This document shows positions 35,037-44,922 of a DNA stretch of 64,000 nucleotides, one piece after another. The notes under the pieces were generated by a model. It did no database searches and was not told where the DNA came from. It worked only from the letters and a program-made list of their open reading frames with translations. Position 1 is the first letter of the stretch, and each line of letters starts with the position of its first letter. Made by a program: the position numbers and the translations under genes. This stretch comes from Flavobacteriales bacterium (GTDB lineage: Bacteria; Bacteroidota; Bacteroidia; Flavobacteriales_F; PHOS-HE28): NCBI GenBank assembly GCA_019638115.1, contig JAHBUK010000001.1, positions 512,238 to 576,237 of the forward strand, read 5' to 3'.

Positions 35037-37676
35037 TTAGTCCACCGTTCCTTTCAACAACGTCACATGGCCGAAGCCTTCAATGGCAGGGAAGTAGTGC
35101 CCCACTGCACGGTACTTGTAAACATACACGTCAGTTTTGGCTGTGCCACTTCCGTTCACTCGTCCATCCCACATCACTTGCATGTCCGTAGTGCGGAACA
35201 CTTCCATGCCCCAGCGGTCAAAGATGGACATTTCGAATTCACTTATGGAATGTCCAACCGGACCGAAAAAGTCGTTCACGCCATCCCCATCCGGTGAGAA
35301 CGCATTGGGGAAGTAGAGGTGGGCCGGTGCTTCGAGCTTCACTGAATCCACTGCTGCGCATCCGTTCGGTGTAGTAATGCTCAGGGTGACCCAATGGTCC
35401 TCCAAATTCAAGTAGCTGTGCACCACCTCATTGCCACGGTACATGGTACCATCACCCATGTCCCACAACCAGGTCTCGGCATAGGGCAAAGTAGCCGCCT
35501 GCAGGTACCAATCATCCTGCCCTCTATTGGTGACCACAATGTCTATGTACACATGCTCCACATCGTAGGTGGCGCTTGCACTGCGCTGTTCACCGCACTG
35601 GTCCGTTACCGTAACTACATATTGGGTCATTTCCCATGGCTGCATCCACAACATGGGGTCTGTGAAGTCCATGTCATGCCAGTCCACGAAGTAGTAGCCG
35701 GACCCTCCGTTTACAACTGCATGCAGCAGGATGCTATCCCCAGCACATATGGTCCTGCCTGGTGCAAGGCTGAGAACAAAGGGAGCGTATACCGGTGTAA
35801 GCGTGGAAACCGCTGCCGTGCCAATATTCCCACATTGGTCCTGAACAGTTATCGTGTAAGTCTGATCTGCCGGAACGGGTACCGTTATGGAGGAATTGGT
35901 GCCGACGGTCTGGCCCGCTGCATTGGTCCAGGTCAAACTGTAAACCCCATTACCACCAACGACATCCACCACCCCCACGGTTCCCTCGTCCCCCGTGCAT
36001 ATCACGGTAGTATTGCCCGTGGTGGTGATCTGGATCGGGTCCAAAGGCACGGTGGTCACCAGCACACTATCCTGGATGGAACTGCCACAACCCTCGGTAA
36101 CAGTGACCACATACCAAGTGGGTGGACCTGCAGGTACCGTGATCGTTGGTGTATTGCCCACGTTCACGCCGTTCAAGGTCCACTGGTAGGTGAACACGTT
36201 ATTACCACCGGTTACATCCAGCACGGAGATCGGGCCTGACGCCAAACAATCGATCGCCGTGGGTGGGCTGGCGCTGATGGTCATGGGCGGATAGATCGGC
36301 AGGGTCACGTTGAACTCCACCGTTACGGGCTCCACCGCACAGATATCGCTCACCGTAACGCTGTAAGTGGTGGTCACACCAGGAGAGACACTGATGGTAG
36401 GCGTGGTCTCACCGGTACTCCAGAGGTAGGAGTACTGACCCATACCACCAGAAACAGTGGGTGCCAACACGTTCACTTGGCCACAAACGCTGTTCAGGTT
36501 GTTGGATGTGACCGTTAGCGGTGGTGGGCTGTCGATGGTAAAATTGAAGATGGTCTGTAGGATGGAGCCGGCACACTGTATCAACTGCTCTACCATGATC
36601 ACTACAGTTTCCGGGCCATCGGGATCGGGAGGCACATCCAAGAAGATGCTTACGAATTCCTGCCCCGGGGCATAATAAATTGTGCTTGGTAGCGCCGGCA
36701 CGTAGTCTACACCGGGCGTAGCGGTTCCGCCAATGATCAACTCCACCGTAGCTTCTTCACTGAGGTCCCCAAGGCGCTGGAAAACCAATTCAAAGGGACC
36801 ACACCCTTCCAACATGGTGTTACCGAACACCCCTGGGCTAGGCTCCAAATAAGGAAGGACCTGGCCCGAACTGGTAAAACTTCCCGCCTCAAGAAAAACG
36901 CCCGAATCATAGGCTGAATCACCGGCATCGCCGATCGCCATTTTTATGTGGTATGTCTGACCACACTCCACCAAGGCGAACGCAGTAAGCACAACCGTGA
37001 AGCCGTTGTATGCCACTGTGGTGCCCCCTGTGTTGTTCACATAATATTGGGGGTTCACGGCTGGGCAGAACGGATCGTTCGGGTTATTACCCTGACCGTT
37101 GTTAACCGTGTAGATGCCTACAGGCGTGGTGGTGCTAGGTAGAAGCGCAATATTGATGGCACCGTTGGAGAAGGGACCGGCAATACCCGGACCGCTCAGG
37201 AAGAAGCCGAACACGTCATTGAAGGAGCACACGAAACTGGGATACTCTTCCGAGCCGAACACGTAGCGGAACCGCAGGGTGTCTCCGGTGGGGATGAAGT
37301 CGAACTCAAGGACCGAACGATCGTTGATGTTGCCCCCCGAGATCGTGACCAGATCGGGGTCGGACCCACTGCTCAGTGTTTCACTGGCGAAGTTGGCCGC
37401 AGGACCTGCAGCAGCTGTTACCGAACCGGATGAAAGGATCACTCCTGCGTCCAGTCCGAGGTTTGAATTCACAGCCGTGAAACTCCCCCTTCCCAACTGA
37501 CCCGCTGGCGGGTTCGCTTGGCCATTGTAGGTGACATTGCTGGCTGTAACACCACCACCCAGTAGCACATCCTGCACCAACTGATTGGGGGTGGGTGCAT
37601 TTGTCACGGTCAACTGAGCTTGCACATGACCGAGCAGGAGAGCGGCCACCAATGCGGGAAGAGTGCGGAGTAACAT
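35037..37676 (-). CDS. T9SS C-terminal-sorting-domain protein with choice-of-anchor-L domain; tandem paralogue of 32789-35023
   Basis: YVFGSEEYPSFV and FGFFLSGPG. The C-terminal domain reads NAFSPDGDGVNDFF…RWG…YVY. The start is at MLLRTLPALVAALLLG (alternative 37733). Confidence 0.85.
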   Translation of the reverse strand: MLLRTLPALVAALLLGHVQAQLTVTNAPTPNQLVQDVLLGGGVTASNVTYNGQANPPAGQLGRGSFTAVNSNLGLDAGVILSSGSVTAAAGPAANFASETLSSGSDPDLVTISGGNINDRSVLEFDFIPTGDTLRFRYVFGSEEYPSFVCSFNDVFGFFLSGPGIAGPFSNGAINIALLPSTTTPVGIYTVNNGQGNNPNDPFCPAVNPQYYVNNTGGTTVAYNGFTVVLTAFALVECGQTYHIKMAIGDAGDSAYDSGVFLEAGSFTSSGQVLPYLEPSPGVFGNTMLEGCGPFELVFQRLGDLSEEATVELIIGGTATPGVDYVPALPSTIYYAPGQEFVSIFLDVPPDPDGPETVVIMVEQLIQCAGSILQTIFNFTIDSPPPLTVTSNNLNSVCGQVNVLAPTVSGGMGQYSYLWSTGETTPTISVSPGVTTTYSVTVSDICAVEPVTVEFNVTLPIYPPMTISASPPTAIDCLASGPISVLDVTGGNNVFTYQWTLNGVNVGNTPTITVPAGPPTWYVVTVTEGCGSSIQDSVLVTTVPLDPIQITTTGNTTVICTGDEGTVGVVDVVGGNGVYSLTWTNAAGQTVGTNSSITVPVPADQTYTITVQDQCGNIGTAAVSTLTPVYAPFVLSLAPGRTICAGDSILLHAVVNGGSGYYFVDWHDMDFTDPMLWMQPWEMTQYVVTVTDQCGEQRSASATYDVEHVYIDIVVTNRGQDDWYLQAATLPYAETWLWDMGDGTMYRGNEVVHSYLNLEDHWVTLSITTPNGCAAVDSVKLEAPAHLYFPNAFSPDGDGVNDFFGPVGHSISEFEMSIFDRWGMEVFRTTDMQVMWDGRVNGSGTAKTDVYVYKYRAVGHYFPAIEGFGHVTLLKGTVD

Positions 37677-37836
37677 GGGCGAAACGATGTCTGAAGTGCT
37701 AAAAATAGGTGCCTTGCACACATCCTTGACCACCCACTATGCAGAAAGGTTGCCCCGCACTTGGAAAGAACATGTTCTCAGGCGGGAACGATCGCCCAAT
37801 ACCCCCTCCCTATCTTCGTCGCCCATCCAAGGAACC

Positions 37837-39213
37837 ATGCAGCACCTCGACACCTACATCGAATCCAACAAGGACCGCTTCCTCAACGAACTGCTCGACC
37901 TGCTCCGCATACCCAGCGTGAGCGCAGACCCCAAGTACAAGGCCGATGTGGCCCGCTGTGCCGAGGCCGTGAAGCAGCGCATGGAGGAAGCCGGCTTGGA
38001 CAAGGTGGAGGTGTGCCCCACCGCCGGGCATCCCATCGTGTACGGCGAAAAGATCATCGACCCCACCCTGCCCACCGTGCTGGTGTATGGCCACTATGAC
38101 GTACAACCGCCTGACCCTTTGGACCTTTGGCATAGCGGCCCCTTCGACCCGGTGATCAAGGACGGCATGATCTACGCCCGCGGCAGCGCCGATGACAAGG
38201 GCCAGTTCTACATGCACGTGAAGGCCGTGGAGACCATGATGCAGAACGGCGGCCTGCCCTGCAACGTGAAGGTGATGATCGAGGGTGAGGAGGAAGTGGG
38301 CAGCGACAACCTGGGCCTCTTCGTGAGCGCCAACAAGGAGAAACTGGCCGCCGACGTGGTGCTGATCAGCGACACCAGCATGATCGCCAACGATGTGCCC
38401 AGCATCAACACCGGCCTGCGCGGACTGAGCTACCTGGAGGTGGAGGTGACCGGCCCCAACCGCGACCTGCACAGCGGGGTATATGGCGGTGCCGTGGCCA
38501 ACCCGATCAATGCCCTGTGCGAGATGATCGCCAGCCTTCACGATGCCGACCGTCGCATCACCATCCCCGGTTTCTACGATGCCGTGGTTGAACTGAGCGC
38601 CACCGAGCGTGCAGCCCTGGCCGAAGCCCCCTTCGACGAGGAGGACTACAAAAAGGACCTGCAGATCGATGCCGTGCGCGGTGAGAAAGGCTACACCAGC
38701 GAGGAGCGCAGCAGTATCCGGCCCACGCTGGACGTGAACGGCATTTGGGGCGGCTACATCGGCGAAGGCGCCAAGACCGTGCTGCCCTCCAAGGCCTACG
38801 CCAAGATCAGCATGCGCCTGGTGCCCAACCAAAAGAGCGATGCCATCACGAAGCTCTTCCAGGACCACTTTGTGAAGATCGCGCCGCCCGGCGTGAAGGT
38901 GGTGGTGAAGCCCCACCACGGTGGCGAAGCGGCCGTTACCCCGATCGACAGCCCCGCCTACCTGGCCGCCAGCAAGGCCATGGAAGAGACCTTCGGCAAG
39001 AAGCCCATCCCCACCCGTGGCGGTGGCAGCATCCCCATCGTGGCGCTATTCGAAGCTGAACTGGGCCTGAAGACCGTGCTCTTCGGTTTCGGCCTGGACA
39101 GCGACAACATCCACAGCCCCAACGAGAAGTACGGCGTGTTCAACTATTTCCAGGGCATCCGCTCCATCCCGCGTTTCTTCCACCACTATGCGGGGATGAT
39201 GAACGGGAAATAG
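37837..39213 (+). CDS. M20/M25/M40 family metallopeptidase (dipeptidase-like)
   Basis: Metal-binding motifs HYDVQP and GSADDKG, and a C-terminal dimerisation domain. The start is at MQHLDTY. Confidence 0.85.
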   Translation: MQHLDTYIESNKDRFLNELLDLLRIPSVSADPKYKADVARCAEAVKQRMEEAGLDKVEVCPTAGHPIVYGEKIIDPTLPTVLVYGHYDVQPPDPLDLWHSGPFDPVIKDGMIYARGSADDKGQFYMHVKAVETMMQNGGLPCNVKVMIEGEEEVGSDNLGLFVSANKEKLAADVVLISDTSMIANDVPSINTGLRGLSYLEVEVTGPNRDLHSGVYGGAVANPINALCEMIASLHDADRRITIPGFYDAVVELSATERAALAEAPFDEEDYKKDLQIDAVRGEKGYTSEERSSIRPTLDVNGIWGGYIGEGAKTVLPSKAYAKISMRLVPNQKSDAITKLFQDHFVKIAPPGVKVVVKPHHGGEAAVTPIDSPAYLAASKAMEETFGKKPIPTRGGGSIPIVALFEAELGLKTVLFGFGLDSDNIHSPNEKYGVFNYFQGIRSIPRFFHHYAGMMNGK

Positions 39214-39290
39214 TGGCGAGCGGTGTGATGAGTGGCGAGTACCGCATGCTGGTACTCGCCACTCATCACACACCGCTCATCACTCGCATT
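39214..39290. repeat. REP-like hairpin element with a GAGTGGCGAGT core, 3' of the dipeptidase gene (same family as 16705-16794)
   Basis: GGCGAGCGGTGTGATGAGTGGCGAGTACC-gcatgc-TGGTACTCGCCACTCATCACACACCGCTCATCACTCGCC. Confidence 0.6.
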
Positions 39291-39303
39291 CAGCTTGGAT
39301 CTC

Positions 39304-39762
39304 ATGCGTAACTTCTTGACCGGCCTGTTGCTGCTGGGCACGCTCCTCCTAACCAGCTGCCTTTCCTACAAAGAGGTGGTGATGCACGATGTCGAGGACG
39401 TGCAAGTTCGCAGGCTGGACCTGAAAGGCGTTGACCTAACGGCCCATGTGCGTCTGGAAAATCCAAACGGTTACCGGATCCAAGTAAAGGACCCCGATGT
39501 GGACCTGTATCTCAACGGCACCTTCGTTGGCAAGGGTATGCTGGATAGCACACTCGTGCTGGACAGACGCAGCACACGGATCTATGAAATACCGCTTCAC
39601 GCGGAATTCAAAGGGGCCAACCTGCTGATGATGATGTTGGGCGGCGCGCTCTCCGGGGAACTGAAGATCGGCGCTAAGGGTACTGTTGTTGGGCAGGCTG
39701 GATTACTGCGGAAGCGCTTTCCGTTCGAGGTGGAGGAGACGGTGGATCTGAGGAACCAATGA
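39304..39762 (+). CDS. LEA type-2 / water-stress hypersensitive-response domain lipoprotein
   Basis: Lipoprotein signal MRNFLTGLLLLGTLLLTSC. The ~150-aa body resembles the LEA14-like beta-sandwich (pattern recognition only). Confidence 0.55.
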   Translation: MRNFLTGLLLLGTLLLTSCLSYKEVVMHDVEDVQVRRLDLKGVDLTAHVRLENPNGYRIQVKDPDVDLYLNGTFVGKGMLDSTLVLDRRSTRIYEIPLHAEFKGANLLMMMLGGALSGELKIGAKGTVVGQAGLLRKRFPFEVEETVDLRNQ

Positions 39763-39780
39763 GCCTCGAGGAACGCACCT

Positions 39781-39804
39781 AATCATTTGCTTGTACAAGC
39801 AAAT
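39781..39804. repeat. Copy A of a 24-nt motif containing a perfect 20-bp palindrome (ATTTGCTTGTACAAGCAAAT)
   Basis: AATCATTTGCTTGTACAAGCAAAT, identical to 39949-39972. Confidence 0.7.
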
Positions 39805-39948
39805 GGGATTCAAGTCAATTGCCTGACCCTCTGGCAGATACTTATCGGATGTATGCATCCAACGCTACCGAACCCCGCCTCATTTTCCACCTCATTATGC
39901 TGTCAATCAGAACGTTATACCCATAACCGCTTAGTGATCAACCGGATC

Positions 39949-39972
39949 AATCATTTGCTTGTACAAGCAAAT
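39949..39972. repeat. Copy B of the same 24-nt palindromic motif
   Basis: AATCATTTGCTTGTACAAGCAAAT, 168 bp from copy A in a low-GC convergent intergenic region. Confidence 0.7.
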
Positions 39973-40179
39973 TACCCGCAATTGGTGAAGCAATCCGACC
40001 ATCAGCATTCCCTGCCCCTATCACACTACCTCCTCCCCATCACTCCATTCACTCTGAACATCCCTGTGCTTGCATGATCCTGATGGTGCTACCGACCTGA
40101 TCACCGTTTTCACGGTAGGCAGCGCGGAAAGGCGGAGTTGACGCGGAGGAACCTCCCGTTCAAGAGGAAATACGGGGAT

Positions 40180-40650
40180 CTACCGCAGCCGTACGGCGCG
40201 ATATGGTTCCTTCCGAACCAATACCGGCACCCCGAACAGTCCATCTGCCGTGGTAATGCGCAGATGGTTGCCCATCTCAGTAGCCTGCGACCAAGGTACC
40301 GCAAGGGCAAAAGGGTGTTCTGCAAGAAAGCCATCCGCCAATTCGTAATAGAGGAAGCCCCCCCGAACAGCTGTGCTATATACCGCATGCTCTGTTACGG
40401 TTACTGTTCCATGGAAGACGAAATTCGCCCATAGCAACAGGCCCATTCCCAGGGGGCCCACTGCCAACAAGTTGAAGAGGAACCACTCCAGCCGTTCCAT
40501 GCCGAGCACCAGACCAGAGCGTAGATAGGGGACCAGATTTCCCGCAAAACAGAGTAATAGCAACCCACGCAGCAGCCACTGGGCATCAATAAGCGTCCAG
40601 GGGACCACTGTCACCAAACCGAAAATGGCGGAGAACACTCCAACTGCCAT
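40180..40650 (-). CDS. Hypothetical 3-TM membrane protein
   Basis: GC is modestly lower than its surroundings. TM helices are AVGVFSAIFGLVTVVPW, LLLLCFAGNLVPYL and WFLFNLLAVGPLGMGLLLWANFVF. The start is placed at the internal Met; longer N-extended forms (to 40800) would overlap the divergent gene. Confidence 0.45.
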   Translation of the reverse strand: MAVGVFSAIFGLVTVVPWTLIDAQWLLRGLLLLCFAGNLVPYLRSGLVLGMERLEWFLFNLLAVGPLGMGLLLWANFVFHGTVTVTEHAVYSTAVRGGFLYYELADGFLAEHPFALAVPWSQATEMGNHLRITTADGLFGVPVLVRKEPYRAVRLR

Positions 40651-40762
40651 CAGGGTACTCGGCCAACTCTGCTCCCGCGCAATGCCCTTCACTTCGGACT
40701 GTTGATGCACATTGTCCGACCGCTGTCGGTAGCGCACCAGCTCCTGTTTCCTTTGAACTCGC

Positions 40763-42796
40763 ATGTCGGCCACGCAAGATACCGCTACCCGCCCCACCAA
40801 CCGCCTGGCCCGCGAAAGCAGCCCCTATTTGCTGCAGCATGCGCACAATCCGGTGGACTGGTACCCCTGGGGCGAGGAAGCCTTCGCCAAGGCGCGCGAC
40901 GAGGGCAAGCTGGTGTTGGTGAGCGTGGGCTACAGCAGCTGCCACTGGTGCCACGTGATGGAGCGTGAGTGCTTCGAGGACGAGGACGTGGCCCGGCTAA
41001 TGAACGAGCGCTTTGTGTGCATCAAGGTGGACCGCGAGGAACGGCCCGACGTGGACCAGGTGTACATGACCGCTGTGCAGCTGATGACCCAGCGCGGGGG
41101 CTGGCCGTTGAACTGCTTCACCCTGCCCGACGGCCGGCCCGTGTTCGGAGGCACCTACTTCCCGCCCGCCGCCTGGAGCAAGGTGCTCACCGAACTGCAC
41201 GATACCTGGGAGCGCGAGCCCGAACGCGTGATGGAATACGCCACGCGCCTCACCAAGGGCATCGCCGCCTCAGCACTGGTGGAAGCTCCCCTGGAGCCGG
41301 CCGCGTTCGATCGCCGCATGCTCGAGCGCATGCTCGCCAACTGGGAGCCGCACTTCGATCGCGTGCATGGCGGGCCGGACAAGGCGCCCAAGTTTCCGCT
41401 GCCCAACAACTACCTGTTCCTGCTGCGCTACGGAACCCTTACGGCCGACCGAGACCTGCTGAAACACGTGGAACTCACGCTGGACAAGATGGCCCTCGGC
41501 GGCATCTTCGACCAGGTGGGCGGTGGCTTCGCCCGCTACAGTACCGATGTGCTTTGGAAGGTGCCGCACTTCGAGAAAATGCTGTACGACAACGCGCAGC
41601 TCGTCTCGCTCTACAGCCAAGCCTATCAGGCCTTCAAGAAGCCTCTGTACCGCGACACCGTGGAGCGCACGCTGGACTTTGTGTTCCGCGAGATGACCGG
41701 CGCGGACGGGGCCTTCTTCAGTGCGCTGGATGCCGATACCGAAGGCGAGGAAGGCCGCTACTACGTGTGGACCAAGAACGAGTTGATGGCCATGCTGGGG
41801 GCCGACTACGACCTGGCGGCGGCCTACTACAACGTGAATGAGCGCGGCCACTGGGAGCGCGGCAACCACATCCTGCTGCGCCATGCGGACGATGCGGCAT
41901 TCGCGGCGGAGTTCGGCATCGGCGAGGCGGAACTGCGCCAACGCGTGTCGTCCATCAACGTGCGCCTGCTGCAGGCGCGCAACAAGCGGGCACGGCCGGG
42001 GTTGGACGACAAGGCCCTCACCAGCTGGAACGCGCTGATGGTACACGGCCTTTGCGATGCCTACGAGGTCTTCGGAAGGGCGGAATGGCTGGCCGCCGCC
42101 GAACGCACCATGGAACTGCTGCTGGGCACCTGCCGGCGCCCCAATGGTGGCCTGTGGCACAGCCTGAAGGACGGCAAGGCCACCATCAACGGCTACCTGG
42201 AGGACTACTGCTTCACCATCGAGGCGCTGCTGGCGCTGTACGGCGTCACCTTCAACGAGCGCTGGATCACCGAGGCACAGGCCCTGGCCGAACACGCCAT
42301 CCGCCACTTCCACGACGAAGCCACCGGGCTGTTCCACTTCACCAGCGACCTGGACCCGCCGCTGATCACCCGACCGCGCGAAATGCACGACAACGTGATC
42401 CCCGCCTCCAACAGCAGCATGGCCAAGGGCCTTCATCTGCTGGGCACTCTGCTCGATGAGGAGCGCTACCGGGCCATCGCGGCACGCATGCTGGCGGCCG
42501 TGGCGGACGATCTGGCAGGCTACCCCAGCGGCCACAGCAACTGGGCGCAATTGCTGCTGATGCATGTGTTCCCCTGCCCGGAGATCGCCATCACCGGACC
42601 GGAGGCGCTACGCCTGCGCAGGGAGTTCGCGGAGCACTACTTGCCCAACCGCATCTTCCTGGGCGGTACCACGCGCAGTGGATTGCCGTTGTTGAAGGAC
42701 AAATTCCTGCCTGCCAGCACGATCTTTGTGTGCGTGGACAAGGCTTGCCAACTGCCCGTACCCACCGTTGCCGAAGCCCTGAACCAATTGCCATGA
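40763..42796 (+). CDS. Thioredoxin-domain protein of the DUF255/YyaL family, with a C-terminal six-hairpin glycosidase-like (N-acylglucosamine-epimerase-like) domain
   Basis: N-terminal [29 protein letters not shown]…SCHWCHVME (thioredoxin-like CxxC). Confidence 0.85.
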   Translation: MSATQDTATRPTNRLARESSPYLLQHAHNPVDWYPWGEEAFAKARDEGKLVLVSVGYSSCHWCHVMERECFEDEDVARLMNERFVCIKVDREERPDVDQVYMTAVQLMTQRGGWPLNCFTLPDGRPVFGGTYFPPAAWSKVLTELHDTWEREPERVMEYATRLTKGIAASALVEAPLEPAAFDRRMLERMLANWEPHFDRVHGGPDKAPKFPLPNNYLFLLRYGTLTADRDLLKHVELTLDKMALGGIFDQVGGGFARYSTDVLWKVPHFEKMLYDNAQLVSLYSQAYQAFKKPLYRDTVERTLDFVFREMTGADGAFFSALDADTEGEEGRYYVWTKNELMAMLGADYDLAAAYYNVNERGHWERGNHILLRHADDAAFAAEFGIGEAELRQRVSSINVRLLQARNKRARPGLDDKALTSWNALMVHGLCDAYEVFGRAEWLAAAERTMELLLGTCRRPNGGLWHSLKDGKATINGYLEDYCFTIEALLALYGVTFNERWITEAQALAEHAIRHFHDEATGLFHFTSDLDPPLITRPREMHDNVIPASNSSMAKGLHLLGTLLDEERYRAIAARMLAAVADDLAGYPSGHSNWAQLLLMHVFPCPEIAITGPEALRLRREFAEHYLPNRIFLGGTTRSGLPLLKDKFLPASTIFVCVDKACQLPVPTVAEALNQLP

Positions 42797-43689
42797 AGCG
42801 CCTCCTCATCCTACTTGCCTTTGCCGCCACCTTCGGCGCCGAGGCTCAGGTGCTGCTGATCCAACCCGGCACGGACGACCCCGGCGAGTTGCGCTTCAAC
42901 CCGCAGTTCATCGCGCGCAACCGCATTGCCAGCATGGTGGGCGAGCAAAGCGTGAAGCGCGACAACCGTCCCATGCTTGCCCGACCGGAGAAGCACGTAT
43001 ACCGCTTTGATGAGCAGGGTCGCACCATCTACGCCAACCACAGCTTCGGGCAGCCCGGCACCGGTCGTGATACGGCCTCCACCCTGTACACCTTCAACGA
43101 TCAAGGCGCTGTGACGCGCCGCCTCCGAAATGACCTCAGCGGCTACTTCGGCTACGATGTGGTGCGCGATGAGCAGGGGCGGCCCATCCGGGAAACCTTC
43201 ACCCGCATCGAGAACCTCAGCACCAACCGCTACGAACTGAACCCCGGCGCGGTGACCGAGATCAGCGACGAGCACTTCCGCTACGAAACGGTGAACGACA
43301 CCGTGTGGAAGCGTGTGTACATCAACAGCCTGGGCCTGCCCTACCGCGAGCAGGTGCATACCAGCGACCACTTGGGCTACCTGCGCAGCATCGAGGATCG
43401 CTACCTGGTGAATAGCCGCCGTTCACGCATCACCTTCGGCTACGATGAAAAGGGCCGCTTGGCCGAGCGCATCGAACAGCCCGACCTTGCGCAGCAGCGC
43501 TACCTTCGACGCACTTGGAGGTACGATGCCTCGGGAAATGTTGTGGAAGGAAGTCTCTTCCACGACGAACGCCAGATCAACCGGGACGAGTTTCTCTACG
43601 ATGAGAACGGCCTGCTGAAAGCGAGGCTCACGCTCGATATCGCAACGAACAACATCGAGGTGCTGAAGTTCCGGACGGAGCGTCGCTGA
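42793..43689 (+). CDS. Secreted YD/RHS-repeat protein (short, ~300 aa)
   Basis: Signal peptide [19 protein letters not shown]. Repeated Y-x-(F/Y)-D-E-x-G-R units ([60 protein letters not shown]). The ATG overlaps the upstream stop. Confidence 0.65.
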   Translation: MKRLLILLAFAATFGAEAQVLLIQPGTDDPGELRFNPQFIARNRIASMVGEQSVKRDNRPMLARPEKHVYRFDEQGRTIYANHSFGQPGTGRDTASTLYTFNDQGAVTRRLRNDLSGYFGYDVVRDEQGRPIRETFTRIENLSTNRYELNPGAVTEISDEHFRYETVNDTVWKRVYINSLGLPYREQVHTSDHLGYLRSIEDRYLVNSRRSRITFGYDEKGRLAERIEQPDLAQQRYLRRTWRYDASGNVVEGSLFHDERQINRDEFLYDENGLLKARLTLDIATNNIEVLKFRTERR

Positions 43690-43842
43690 TCCCACGGGAC
43701 GCATCGCCTGTGGATCACCAGAGCGACTGACCGGTAGGCATACCGTTGTGCCTTTCTCCGCATCGCAAGCAGCCCATGCCCATCGTGCTGATCTGTAGCG
43801 TGGCACAATAGGTGGAGCACCTGACGGACGTACCTTTCCTCC

Positions 43843-44358
43843 ATGCGCCCGATCCTCCTTCTCGCCTTCCTCCTCCCCTTCACGCTCCACGCCCAACCGG
43901 TCGTAGTGCATTGGGCCTATGGTTCTTTCGGCCAGCAGGGCGACGCCGCCTTCGTCGTGGAGCGCGGACGCATCCACCAAGCCTCCGGGCCATTCGGCCA
44001 GAAAGGACCGTGCATCTACGTGTTCAATGAAACCGAGGTGTTCCACAGCTCCGATGCCTTCGGCACCAAGGGGCAGGGCGCTTTCAAGGCGGAAGGAGAG
44101 CTGAACGGCAGCAACATCAAGCTGTTCCGGTGCCAAGGCACATTTTGCAATAAAGGGAGTTGCGTGCTCCTGATGGAAGGCAACAAGGTCTTCCGCGCGG
44201 AAGGACCGTTCTGCACCAAGGGTGATGCGGCGTTCGTTATTGAAGGCAACACCGTTTTCCTTGCGGAAGGCGCGTTCGCGCGCAAAACGGATGCGATCCT
44301 ACAGGTGCACGGAGAACTTCCCATGCTGGCCCTTTTGGCCATCCTTGCCGGTTTGTAA
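43843..44358 (+). CDS. Secreted tandem-repeat protein: six ~23-aa G-x-F-(G/C)-x-K-G…E-G-N-x-V-F repeats and a hydrophobic C-terminal tail
   Basis: Signal peptide MRPILLLAFLLPFTLHAQ. Repeats: SFGQQGDAAFVVERG / GPFGQKGPCIYVFNE / AFGTKGQGAFKAEGE / GTFCNKGSCVLLMEGNKVFRAE / GPFCTKGDAAFVIEGNTVFLAE / GAFARKTDAILQVHGE. The C-terminus is MLALLAILAGL. Confidence 0.6.
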   Translation: MRPILLLAFLLPFTLHAQPVVVHWAYGSFGQQGDAAFVVERGRIHQASGPFGQKGPCIYVFNETEVFHSSDAFGTKGQGAFKAEGELNGSNIKLFRCQGTFCNKGSCVLLMEGNKVFRAEGPFCTKGDAAFVIEGNTVFLAEGAFARKTDAILQVHGELPMLALLAILAGL

Positions 44359-44401
44359 GCTCCCTTGGATCGCCCATCTTTGTGTCATCACCATCTGCCC
44401 C

Positions 44402-44887
44402 ATGAAGACCTGCACCTCCTTGCTCCTTGCATCGGCGCTTATCTTGAGTTCGTGCAGCGATAAAGAGGGTGGCCCTCCCCGCCCGATCGGGAACGCCGAA
44501 GACCTTGTTGGCGAGACCTTCCACTTCAAAGTGAAAAGCGAGAACTGGATCGTGAACGGCATCGCCGGTGACGACACGTATGGATTCGCTGCGAAAAGCA
44601 ACGTTGCCATCCTCACGAACGCGACCATCAACCAAGGGCACGTGCGCGTCTACCTGAAGCGGGGTAGCAACAACTGGCACGAACTCCCGAGCCAAGCCCA
44701 CCAAGGTGCGCCCTACGGTGTCAACTGGCGCTTCTCACTGCATCCGGGACTGATCCGCATCCTCATCGACCGGAACGGCGAGAGCTTCGAGCCACCTGCC
44801 GACCTGTGCACCTTCAAGATCGTAGCTTACATGAGCGGTGGCATGGGCACCGATGATGCTCAGTCTTTCGAGACCCCGCATCAATAG
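44402..44887 (+). CDS. Hypothetical lipoprotein (161 aa)
   Basis: Lipoprotein signal MKTCTSLLLASALILSSC. The start is chosen at the signal-peptide Met, not the upstream ORF start at 44222. Confidence 0.6.
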   Translation: MKTCTSLLLASALILSSCSDKEGGPPRPIGNAEDLVGETFHFKVKSENWIVNGIAGDDTYGFAAKSNVAILTNATINQGHVRVYLKRGSNNWHELPSQAHQGAPYGVNWRFSLHPGLIRILIDRNGESFEPPADLCTFKIVAYMSGGMGTDDAQSFETPHQ

Positions 44888-44922
44888 GCGCCAGAACACT
44901 CCACTTCTTGGATCCAACCGCT

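Noticed and set aside
39787-40077. 96-aa plus-strand ORF between the two 20-bp palindromes
   Set aside because: It lies in an AT-rich non-coding-looking spacer; the hydrophobic/His-rich translation has no motif, and a regulatory, sRNA or MITE interpretation is more likely.
40651-40800. Longer N-terminal extension of the 40180 membrane-protein ORF (starts at 40764 or 40800)
   Set aside because: It would overlap or abut the divergent start of the DUF255 gene (40763), leaving no promoter space. The internal Met preceding the first TM helix is more plausible, but this remains uncertain.
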